Below, one piece after another: positions 24,435 to 31,780 of a stretch of DNA of 32,000 bases (positions are counted from its first letter, which is position 1; the number at the start of each line of letters is the position of its first letter). The DNA is taken from the NCBI RefSeq assembly GCF_003010495.1, contig NZ_CP027570.1, positions 180,001-212,000 on the forward strand. The letters are read 5' to 3'. The stretch comes from Megasphaera elsdenii DSM 20460. GTDB taxonomy: Bacteria; Bacillota; Negativicutes; Veillonellales; Megasphaeraceae. The notes under the pieces are model-generated. The model was not told where the DNA came from. It saw only the letters and a list, made by a program, of their open reading frames with translations, and made no database searches. A program made the translations under genes and the position numbers.

Positions 24435-24612
24435 GCTGCCAGACCACTTCCCGCATAAAAAAGGCTGCCATACAACGACAAGCCCATTTAAGTGGTTAGT
24501 GGCTAGAGAAGACACAATTTTTACACAATTTCTTACGCAGTACCTACGCAAAATGAACCTACTATTTATATAGATGCGAAAACCACTTCCAACAAATCGA
24601 CGAATGGACTCT

Positions 24613-25188
24613 TTACTGATGAGTCTCCAGGTCCCGGCGCAGTTTATCCAGGACTTGGGCCGTCAAATCGTGCCAGGCATCCTGGAGCCACTGGTCCCGC
24701 TGCGCTTCGTCGCCGATACATTCCAGGGCCTTGGGGATGGCCTCACCGAAGAGGATATCTTCCGTCTGACGGCTGCGGTAGACACCGAGCTTACAGGCAT
24801 TGGCAAAGTGTTCACAGTTATGGAAGAGCAGGTCGTATTTCTTATTGCCCAGGCAGGCCCGGGCAAAGGCGATCGTCTCGGGTACAGAACAGAGCTGCGC
24901 CTGTTCTTCCGGCGTATACTGACTCACTTCCACGTCACCGCCCTGGCGGAATTCCTCGAATGACGTTGCCCGGATTTCTGTATCCCACCAATCGATGGGA
25001 TTGTAGTCATCATCACCGGCAAAGGCAATGACCTCGTCGTCACTGACATAGATGCCGTGATGATAATACAAGCCACCCAGCCGACGCACGCGGATATGGT
25101 CGCCCATGACCGGCAACTGCCGAGCCCAATGTTCTGGCGTCCCGTCATCTTGCAATAAAGATAAAATCGAATTCAAATCAATGGCCAT
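24613..25188 (-). CDS. LRAT / NlpC-P60-superfamily (H-box + NCEHF) thiol acyltransferase/hydrolase-like protein, copy 1
   Basis: ORF 24613..25197. I prefer ATG 25188 (MAIDLNSIL), with GAGGTG 6 nt upstream (the track start is the GTG of the RBS). Catalytic-type motifs YYHHGIYV and LFHNCEHFANAC. The start lies 11 nt inside the phosphatase gene. Confidence 0.7.
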   Translation of the reverse strand: MAIDLNSILSLLQDDGTPEHWARQLPVMGDHIRVRRLGGLYYHHGIYVSDDEVIAFAGDDDYNPIDWWDTEIRATSFEEFRQGGDVEVSQYTPEEQAQLCSVPETIAFARACLGNKKYDLLFHNCEHFANACKLGVYRSRQTEDILFGEAIPKALECIGDEAQRDQWLQDAWHDLTAQVLDKLRRDLETHQ

Positions 25189-25663
25189 CTTCGTCACCTC
25201 TCAGCACATCCAGCAGTCCCCGGCAGCCTTCCTGGACATCGTCCCAGGTCCGCTGGAAATCCCGCGTATACCACGGGTCGGCTACGGGCCGGGGATTGGC
25301 CGTATAATCCATGAGAAGATGGCACTTCTGGTCCGGGTCGCCATGGAAGATGCGCTTCATGTCCCGCAGGTTCTCATCATCCATGCCAATGAAATAATCA
25401 TAAAAATCATAATCCTCAGCCGTCAGCAGAACAGCCCGCTTCCCATCGGGATTCATACCGTGCTCCCGGAGCAGCCGTTCCACCGGCGGATAGACCGGAT
25501 TGCCACAGCCATTCCAGATTTCCTCATCCGTCGTAGCCGCCGAAGCCACGTCAAACCGGTCCGCCATTTCCTCTTGTTCTGCCATCTGCCGGAATACAAA
25601 CTCCGCCATGGGCGATCGGCAGATATTGCCATGGCAAATGAAAAGTATCCTGATCAAGATCAT
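25178..25663 (-). CDS. Low-molecular-weight protein phosphatase (LMW-PTP family), copy 1
   Basis: 161 aa. P-loop CHGNICRS (CX5R-S) at residues 10-17 and a DPWY general-acid loop. GAGGAG RBS. Confidence 0.85.
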   Translation of the reverse strand: MILIRILFICHGNICRSPMAEFVFRQMAEQEEMADRFDVASAATTDEEIWNGCGNPVYPPVERLLREHGMNPDGKRAVLLTAEDYDFYDYFIGMDDENLRDMKRIFHGDPDQKCHLLMDYTANPRPVADPWYTRDFQRTWDDVQEGCRGLLDVLRGDEDGH

Positions 25664-25794
25664 TTAACTCCTCTCAAAGCCGTAAAAGGCTATGATTCCT
25701 ACACCGTAATTTTTGTAGGTGAAATTTCCCCTATAATTATAACAGAAAAGGGAGATTATGATTATGTGAAGCTTATAGGGTTGATAGCCGGGAT

Positions 25795-26298
25795 TTACCG
25801 GATGGTCTCGATGATTTCTCTGATATACATCGTGTGCGGCACACGGCCTTTGGTATAGAATCCCTCGATGACATCCGCTGGCATTTGCCCCAGCTGAAGC
25901 TCATGGCGGTAGATTTTCCGGACGACAAAAGTAATCTCTGCTTCTTCGTAGGTCACGCCATGCTCCAGATATTTTGGGGTGAGACCGCTGGCCTTTGCTT
26001 TATCCATATCCCGGCCGGATTTGCTTCCCATGATACCGAGAGCTTTCTGCTACTTCTTGTTGTCAAAGAACGAGACAGTGTAGTAGTCGCTCTTTTCCAT
26101 GAAACCATACGTATAACGCGCCGGATTGACAAATACTGCGCAGACATTCTTCCCCTTGTGAGGCATACACCAGAGTGTTCCCAGCATACCCCAGCTAATC
26201 GTCATCGAATTGAAGGCGTCTTTATCGCCGACGGTCAGGATGCCCCACTGGTCATCAAAGAGTTTGAAAATCTCTGGCTGAAAATCTTTCGTATTCAT
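25795..26298 (-). pseudogene. Flavin reductase-like (FMN-binding split-barrel) gene interrupted by one in-frame TAG
   Basis: ORFs 26050..26298 (…YTVSFFDNKK*) and 25795..26031 are in the same frame. Read through the TAG at 26050..26052, the sequence continues QKALGIMGSKSGRDMDKAKASGLTP, as in full-length family members. Confidence 0.7.
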
Positions 26299-26326
26299 AA
26301 AAGTTTATCCTTTCACAACAAAACAG

Positions 26327-26718
26327 TTACTGCTGGCTGGCCAGTCTCTTTCCAAGATCAAAGGCCGCCTGCAGGTCTTTCGGGAATTGCTCGGCGTGAT
26401 GCGCTTTCTTTTTCGTTTCATCCCACGATGCCATACGGTATCGGCTGTAATCCGGTACCTGCAGCGTATCGCAGGAAGCCAGTATTTCCGTTTTCCCGTT
26501 CAGGAAATGGAACGGCCAGAAGTATTCTTCCATGCGCGGTTTGTAGTGCTCATCGTAGTAGTTCTGGTCTGCATTCATCGTAAGGATAATGCCGACATCG
26601 ATTTTTCCCGTAAACGTGCTCTTATAATCATCATAGGATAGTGCCGGAAAGGTCGAGCGGACCATAAAGGAACGGACCTCGCCCGTTGGTTCCCCGAAGT
26701 AATCAGTATCTTTTTCAT
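26327..26718 (-). pseudogene. Flavodoxin/NADPH-dependent FMN reductase-like gene remnant (internal deletion plus frame change)
   Basis: ATG 26718 with an AGGAGGAGAG RBS gives MKKILITSGNQRA, then nonsense. A different frame reads DYFGEPTGEVRSFMVRSTFPALSY...FPKDLQAAFDLGKRL, which aligns to the distal 60% of the intact paralog at 31022..31696. About 80 codons are missing. Confidence 0.6.
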
Positions 26719-26793
26719 AGGAATCTCTCCTCCTCTATGATTTTTTGTTGATATCGCCAATGTACTCATAACCGCAGGCCGCGCAAAAATAGA

Positions 26794-27120
26794 TTATGCT
26801 TCGCCGTCACACGGATCGTCGACGTAATCGACTTCCGCATAGCCAGCGCAAAGTGTGATTTGATGTTTCTTATTGCCTGGGATGACGTATGTATCGCCCT
26901 GCTGATACGTCCTGGTTGCGCCATCCATTGTCAACAGGCATTTACCGCTGACAACAATTGTCCACTGTTCCGCATGGGCATGCTCTGGGAAATGGACTTC
27001 TTTTTCCGCACTGACGAAGTAGACCGTGCCTGTAGACGTATGGTCCACGCGAACCGTCAGCCCTTCTATACCATAGTCACGTTGTGGAATATGGCGGATG
27101 ATTTCTGGAAAAACAGACAT
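26794..27120 (-). CDS. Cupin-domain protein
   Basis: ORF 26794..27231. I prefer ATG 27120 (MSVFPEIIRH), 9 nt after AGGAGG. Cupin motifs FPEHAHAE and GDTYVIPGNKKH. Confidence 0.7.
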   Translation of the reverse strand: MSVFPEIIRHIPQRDYGIEGLTVRVDHTSTGTVYFVSAEKEVHFPEHAHAEQWTIVVSGKCLLTMDGATRTYQQGDTYVIPGNKKHQITLCAGYAEVDYVDDPCDGEA

Positions 27121-27196
27121 ATGGATAATCCTCCTGAGTAGGTTTCTTGTTTTTTTCGACTGAATTATTATAGCACGGGAGGAAGGCAGAATCTCG

Positions 27197-27218
27197 TTAG
27201 AAAATCGTGTGTTTCTAA
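27197..27218. promoter_or_regulatory. Inverted repeat TTAGAAA-N8-TTTCTAA, candidate TetR operator upstream of the cupin gene
   Basis: Perfect 7-bp arms between the TetR stop and the cupin start. A minus-strand TATAAT lies about 35 nt downstream. Confidence 0.3.
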
Positions 27219-27255
27219 ACGAACTTGTCATTTTGTGCAGAATGCCAACCTGCCA

Positions 27256-27804
27256 TTAAAGCAGATGCTTCTTTAATGGTTCTGGCATGGCGAGGACAAG
27301 TAGTTCGATAAAATTATCGAGAGCAATTTTTTGCCCACCAATAAACCAGTCCTGAATCATCTCAGAGATAGAACGCATATAATACTTAGCCAAAAAATCA
27401 ATTTCTATGGGAAGTTCATCTTCTTTACCTAAAATACGCAGGCGCTCACGCAGTAAATCGATGGCGTAGTCATTAGTCGCATAGCGGAAGGAGGTCTGCC
27501 CTGATGTGTTTTTCAACGCATTTAGAAAAAACGACTGTTTATCCGAAAGGGTAATACAGAATATGCGCAACGCATCACGCCAGCTGATTTTATTGCCGAG
27601 TTGGCTGAAAGCCGGCTCAATTTCTTTGTTATAGATAGAAGCCAGTAGTACATATTTATCCGCAAAATGATTATAAAAGGTTGTCGTTGTCATGCCGCAG
27701 TTGGTGACAATTTCTTTGACCGAAATCTTGTCAACGGATTTCTTTCCAGCAAGTTCAATGAGGGAAGCAGCCAATAACTGCTTCGTGGTAGGCCGTTCAA
27801 TCAT
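27256..27804 (-). CDS. TetR/AcrR-family transcriptional regulator
   Basis: ORF 27256..27825. I prefer ATG 27804 (MIERPTTKQLL), 6 nt after GAGGAG. N-terminal HTH ISVKEIVTNCGMTTTTFYNHF. About 35-40% GC by spot count. Confidence 0.85.
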   Translation of the reverse strand: MIERPTTKQLLAASLIELAGKKSVDKISVKEIVTNCGMTTTTFYNHFADKYVLLASIYNKEIEPAFSQLGNKISWRDALRIFCITLSDKQSFFLNALKNTSGQTSFRYATNDYAIDLLRERLRILGKEDELPIEIDFLAKYYMRSISEMIQDWFIGGQKIALDNFIELLVLAMPEPLKKHLL

Positions 27805-28016
27805 AAAAGTCTCCTCTTCATTCATGGATGAAATATGATTACAATCAAATATAATTTAACCTGATTCTGCAAGAAGTCTCCCGCCTCTTTAGGCGGTGAG
27901 ATGAATTGCAGGTTTTTCTGAGGGCTCGATGCCATCGGAAAAATAATGGCTTCACAAGTTGATTTGCAGTATAATCAGTAGTAAGAGTGAAAGAATTTGG
28001 AAAGTCAAGGCAGGTG

Positions 28017-29131
28017 ATGATAGTGAATAAGGCATACCGATACAGAATCTATCCGACAACGGAACAGAAAATGATGTTTGCCAAGACCTTTGGGTGTGTC
28101 CGATTCATCTACAACAAGATGCTGAGTGACCGCATTGACTATTATAAGGAAACCGGCCAAAAGCTGAATAACACGCCTGCGCAGTATAAAGAAGAATTCC
28201 CTTGGCTAAAGGAAGTAGATAGTTTAGCCCTTGCCAATGCTCAAATGAACCTGAATAAGGCCTACAGCCACTTTTGGAATGACAGCCAGCATTTCGGCAA
28301 GCCGCGCTTCAAGTCCAAGAAGAATCGTCGTGCTTCGTATTCCACGAACAACCAGAAGGGCTCTGTCCGAATCGAGGGCCATAAGGTGAAACTGCCGAAA
28401 GTCGGCTGGGTGAAACTATGCCAGCATCGTCCCTTGCCGGAAAACAGTATCATAAAGACCGTAACCATCAGCCAGACGCCATCAGGAAAGTACTATATCA
28501 GTATGCTGGTGGAGTATGAAAACCAAATACCCCTGTCATACCGAAGACCTTCCTGGGGCTAGATTTTGCGATGCACGGCTTGTATGTGGCTTCCGATGAG
28601 GCGGATGCTAAGTATCCCGATTTCCTGAGAACGGCAGAGAAAAGATTGGCTAAAGCACAGCGAAAGCTATCCAAAAAGCAGAAAGGAAGTCACAACAGAG
28701 AAAAACAAAGACTGCGCGTAGCTATTCTTCATGAGAAAGTGGCCAATCAACGTCAGGATTTCCTGCATAAGAAGGCTCGCTACCTTGCAGATCGCTATGA
28801 TGCCATTGGCATTGAGGATATCAGCGTCAAAGCGATGGCAAAGCGGAAAAAGGGTGGCAAGTTCAGCTTTGGCAAATCCGTAGCCGACAATGGCTGGAAT
28901 ATGTTCACGAACATGCTGGAGTATAAACTGGCTTGGCAAGGCAAACAGCTTATCAAGATAGACAAGTGGTATCCGAGCAGCCAGCTGTGCCATATTTGCG
29001 GATATCAGAACCACGAAACCAAGGAATTGTCTGTAAGGGAATGGGATTGCCCGAAATGTGGAAGTCACCATAATCGCGATAAAAACGCAGCCATCAATAT
29101 CCGAGAAGAAGCCAGGCGAATATCAGCCTGA
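28017..29131 (+). pseudogene. tnpB: TnpB (OrfB) RNA-guided nuclease gene, split by a frameshift
   Basis: ORFs 27987..28562 and 28571..29131. N-terminus NKAYRYRIYPTTEQ..FGCVRFIYN. RuvC residues in LGLDFAM, IGIEDIS and RDKNAAINI. Zn finger CHICG..CPKCG. The second frame is open from 28520 (..PNTPVIPKTFLGLDFAM), so the shift lies in 28520..28560, most simply a 1-nt change in the CCCC run at 28530..28533. Confidence 0.8.
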
Positions 29132-29279
29132 CGTAATCCATAAAATACCGTGGGTCGCACGGGAATCTACGCCTGTGGAGAGAGTGTAAGCCGCCGCAAC
29201 TCTTTGGAGTCAGTGGCGCTGTTCTCGTTGAAGCAGGAAGCTCCTGCCTCTATAGGCGGGAGTACGTTCACTCTGTAAG
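29132..29279 (+). ncRNA. Candidate omega-RNA (reRNA) scaffold region of the TnpB element
   Basis: By analogy with characterised TnpB loci, the guide RNA spans the tnpB 3' end to the right end. The region holds stem-loops CCGTG-ggtcg-CACGG (29148..29162) and AGAGT..ACTCT, plus the RE hairpin. The 5' boundary is unknown and no covariance model was run. Confidence 0.3.
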
Positions 29280-29305
29280 ATATGTTCCCATTCCTGTTCG
29301 TCCAT
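29280..29305 (-). pseudogene. 5' stub (8.7 codons, MDEQEWEHI) of a second SAM-methyltransferase gene, cut by the IS right end
   Basis: ATATGTTCCCATTCCTGTTCGTCCAT is identical to 24223..24248 (the start of methyltransferase copy 1). The ATG at 29305 lies 1 nt after the LRAT-like copy-2 stop. Confidence 0.8.
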
Positions 29306-29306
29306 T

Positions 29307-29891
29307 TCAGGTCTCCCTGCCTTTCCCTTCCATATCCCGTCGCCATTTATCCAAAACCTGAGCCGTCAAATCGCGCCAGGCATCCTGGAGCCATTGATTC
29401 CGTTGCGCATCGTCGCCGAGACATTCCAAAGCCTTGGGGATGGCCTTGCCGAAGAGGATATCTTCCGTCTGATGGCTGCGATAGACGCCGAGTTTGCAGG
29501 CGTTGGCAAAGTGTTCACAGTTGTGGAAGAGCAAGTCGTATTTCTTATTGCCCAGACAAGCCCGGGCAAAGGCAATCGTTTCCGGCACAGAGCAGAGTTG
29601 GACCTGTTCCTCCGGCGTATACTGGCGTACTTCCACGTCGCCGCCCTGGCGGAATTCCTCGAATGACGTTGCCCGAATTTCTGTATCCCACCAATCGATG
29701 GGATTGTAGTCATCATCACCGGCAAAGGCAATGACCTCGTCGTCACTGACATAGATGCCGTGATGATAATACAAGCCACCCAGCCGACGCACGCGGATAT
29801 GGTCGCCCATGACCGGCAACTGCCGAGCCCAATGTTCTGGCGTCCCGTCATCTTGCAATAAAGATAAAATCGAATTCAAATCAATGGCCAT
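29307..29891 (-). CDS. LRAT / NlpC-P60-superfamily thiol enzyme-like protein, copy 2
   Basis: ORF 29307..29900, start ATG 29891. The first ~90 aa are identical to copy 1. About 10 substitutions plus a different C-terminal tail (..DKWRRDMEGKGRET). Confidence 0.7.
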   Translation of the reverse strand: MAIDLNSILSLLQDDGTPEHWARQLPVMGDHIRVRRLGGLYYHHGIYVSDDEVIAFAGDDDYNPIDWWDTEIRATSFEEFRQGGDVEVRQYTPEEQVQLCSVPETIAFARACLGNKKYDLLFHNCEHFANACKLGVYRSHQTEDILFGKAIPKALECLGDDAQRNQWLQDAWRDLTAQVLDKWRRDMEGKGRET

Positions 29892-30360
29892 CTTCGTCAC
29901 CTCTCAGCACATCCAGCAGTCCCCGGCAGCCTTCCTGGACATCGTCCCAGGTCCGCTGGAAATCCCGCGTATACCACGGGTCGGCTACGGGACGGGGATT
30001 GGCCGTATAATCCATGAGGAGGCTGCACTTCTGGTCCGGGTCGCCGTGGAAGATGCGTTTCATGTCCCGCAGGTTCTCGTCATCCATGCCGATGAAATAA
30101 TCATAAACATCATAATCACCAGCCGTCAGCAACGCCGCCCGCTTCTCACTGGGATCCATACCGTGGGCTCGGAGCAGCCGTTCCACCGGCGGATAGACGG
30201 GATTGCCGTACCCGTTCCAGATTTCCTCCTCCGTCGTCGCTGCCGAAGCCACATCGAACTGCTCCGCCAGCCCATCCTGCTCCGCCATCTGCCGGAACAC
30301 AAACTCCGCCATGGGCGACCGGCAAATATTGCCATGGCAGACAAACAGTATCTTTATCAC
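29881..30360 (-). CDS. Low-molecular-weight protein phosphatase, copy 2
   Basis: ORF 29881..30510. I prefer GTG 30360 (V/MIKILFVCHGNICRSP), 10 nt after GGAAGGAG. The upstream 50 codons of the track ORF have no counterpart in copy 1. Confidence 0.8.
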   Translation of the reverse strand: MIKILFVCHGNICRSPMAEFVFRQMAEQDGLAEQFDVASAATTEEEIWNGYGNPVYPPVERLLRAHGMDPSEKRAALLTAGDYDVYDYFIGMDDENLRDMKRIFHGDPDQKCSLLMDYTANPRPVADPWYTRDFQRTWDDVQEGCRGLLDVLRGDEDGH

Positions 30361-30618
30361 AAGTTTCAAACTCCTTCCATACCGTAAATGGCCTGTAGAA
30401 AAATGTTCCCTCTTATTGTAGCAGAAAACATTGTTTTTTGCTCTGGGTTCTGCGAATATGACGCTCCCCATTTTCAGATAAAAAAGTACCCTCCTTACTG
30501 TTTTATCCAATATAGAGGGTATATGCCTGTTATTTTATAATATAGGCATTTACGATTTCCCCATAGTAGGCAGATAGAACGCACTATTTTGTAAGATACT
30601 ATCTAAAAGGAGAGTAAA

Positions 30619-30963
30619 ATGGAAGTATCAGAAATCAATATCAAACCATTTGCCTATGCTATCAGCATCATCAATGGAAAATGGAAGATGCACATTCTTT
30701 TTTGGCTATGGAAAAAAGGAACCCTGCGGTACAGTGAATTGAAACGTGCACTCGGGCATGTAACCCATAAAATGCTCAGTACCCAATTAAAAGAGTTAGA
30801 AAGCGATGGACTGATCAACCGACATGAATATCCGCAGGTGCCGCCTAAGGTAGAATATTCCATGACAGAACGGGGACTCAGCATGATGCCCATACTGCAA
30901 TTGCTTTGCGAATGGGGAACAACCCATATCGACGATAATCTTCCCGGTTCCAAAGATGCCTGA
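30619..30963 (+). CDS. HxlR-family transcriptional regulator
   Basis: 114 aa. ISIINGKWKMHILFWL and VEYSMTERG. AAAGGAGAG RBS. Divergent from phosphatase copy 2. Confidence 0.85.
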   Translation: MEVSEINIKPFAYAISIINGKWKMHILFWLWKKGTLRYSELKRALGHVTHKMLSTQLKELESDGLINRHEYPQVPPKVEYSMTERGLSMMPILQLLCEWGTTHIDDNLPGSKDA

Positions 30964-31021
30964 TTGTGCCTGTCATGATTGAACTTCTATAAGTGGCAGA
31001 GGTTCCATCATGATATTTCCA

Positions 31022-31696
31022 TTATTTTTTACGGTCTTCCGCCGCCATTTGAGTCAATCTCATTCCAAGATCATATGCCTTTTTCAGGTCCTGGGGAAAA
31101 ACTTCTTCCCGCTGCCGCTTCTTATCCGCTTCATCAAAAAGATTCTGTCTGTAACGGGAATAATCATTATACTGATAGGTATTACAGCAGTATTGGACTT
31201 CGTTATATCCATAAACAAGGTCCATGGTTTTTCCCCAGGTTCCCAGCAGCTCCGGATAATGGAATTTTTCCATCTCCTCTTCCTTGCAATTCATGGCATA
31301 GATCAACCCTGAGAATTTTTTAGCATGAGGGACCATATCGGGCTTCCCATCCTTATAGAAATAGGAATAGATGGGAAAAAGGGAACGATTGAGGAGGCTG
31401 ATGACCTGCCCATTAGGATAGCTGAAATAGACGGGACTTCCCACGATGACCACGTCGGCGTCCCAAATCTTTTTGAGCACGGGCTGGATGCTGTCCCGGA
31501 CAGCGCACACCCCTCCCGTTTTGCTGTTTTTCAGCTTACAGGCATAGCACTCCCGGCAATCCGTAAATTCATAATCCACCAGATGGATGAGTTCCGTTTC
31601 AGCACCAGCTGCCTCGGCTCCTAGCTGTGCTTGCTGCAGCAATTGGGCCGTGCTGAAATTTTTTCTTGGACTCCCATTCAATAAAATTGCTTTCAT
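31022..31696 (-). CDS. Flavodoxin-fold NADPH-dependent FMN reductase / iron-sulfur flavoprotein-like protein
   Basis: ORF 31022..31738. ATG 31696 (MKAILLNGSPRKN) follows AGAGGAA. Cys cluster CRECYACK..GGVC. IVGSPVYF. Confidence 0.75.
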   Translation of the reverse strand: MKAILLNGSPRKNFSTAQLLQQAQLGAEAAGAETELIHLVDYEFTDCRECYACKLKNSKTGGVCAVRDSIQPVLKKIWDADVVIVGSPVYFSYPNGQVISLLNRSLFPIYSYFYKDGKPDMVPHAKKFSGLIYAMNCKEEEMEKFHYPELLGTWGKTMDLVYGYNEVQYCCNTYQYNDYSRYRQNLFDEADKKRQREEVFPQDLKKAYDLGMRLTQMAAEDRKK

Positions 31697-31780
31697 CCTG
31701 ATTCCTCTTTTCTCCAAAATTTTCTTTTTCCTTATCATGAGTCATTAACGACCTTCATGTTTTTTATTATACTCTTCAAT

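Larger units (their letters stand above)
24613..25745 (-). repeat. Segmental duplication, copy 1 (promoter/leader + phosphatase + LRAT-like gene)
   Basis: Aligns with 29307..30440. Flanks are roughly 85-90% identical by eye, with a 315-bp perfectly identical core (24974..25288 = 29677..29991). Confidence 0.85.
27877..29279 (+). mobile_element. TnpA-less IS200/IS605-family (IS1341-like) element carrying tnpB
   Basis: Related subterminal hairpins: LE TCTCCCGCCT-cttt-AGGCGGTGAGA (27877..27901) and RE CTCCTGCCT-ctat-AGGCGGGAG (29241..29262). The right boundary is <=29279, where homology to the methyltransferase 5' end resumes. The exact left end is not determinable (it could extend 10-40 nt left of 27877). 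No Y1 transposase gene. Confidence 0.7.
29280..30440 (-). repeat. Segmental duplication, copy 2
   Basis: See copy 1. It includes a related promoter/leader (TTTTCTG(T/C)TA(T/C)AAT..GGGnAAnATTT..TTACGG) upstream of the phosphatase gene. Confidence 0.85.

Noticed and set aside
24160-24573. ORFs 24160..24471(-) and 24355..24573(+) in the LRAT-methyltransferase spacer.
   Set aside because: They run through the REPIN-like doublet and the terminator hairpin. They have no RBS and a low-complexity, repeat-derived sequence.
26047-26052. The in-frame TAG read as pyrrolysine or programmed read-through.
   Set aside because: The window contains no pyl genes or PYLIS-like context. Homologues, as I recall them, have an ordinary Tyr codon here, so a simple nonsense mutation or sequencing error is more parsimonious.
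27826-27876. A simple insertion model in which the methyltransferase continues immediately left of the IS.
   Set aside because: Only a 6-nt CCTGAT is shared with the expected sequence (..GTCCTGATATTCAAT). The left flank is the TetR upstream region, so a deletion or rearrangement must have accompanied or followed the insertion.
28519-28560. Programmed ribosomal frameshift in tnpB.
   Set aside because: I see no slippery heptamer plus downstream structure. TnpB genes are normally single ORFs, so an indel in the C4 or A4 run (pseudogene or sequencing error) is the simpler explanation.
30979-31624. Plus-strand ORFs 30979..31323, 31010..31312 and 31325..31624.
   Set aside because: They are antisense to the well-supported flavodoxin-fold gene at 31022..31696, and they have no motifs or RBS.
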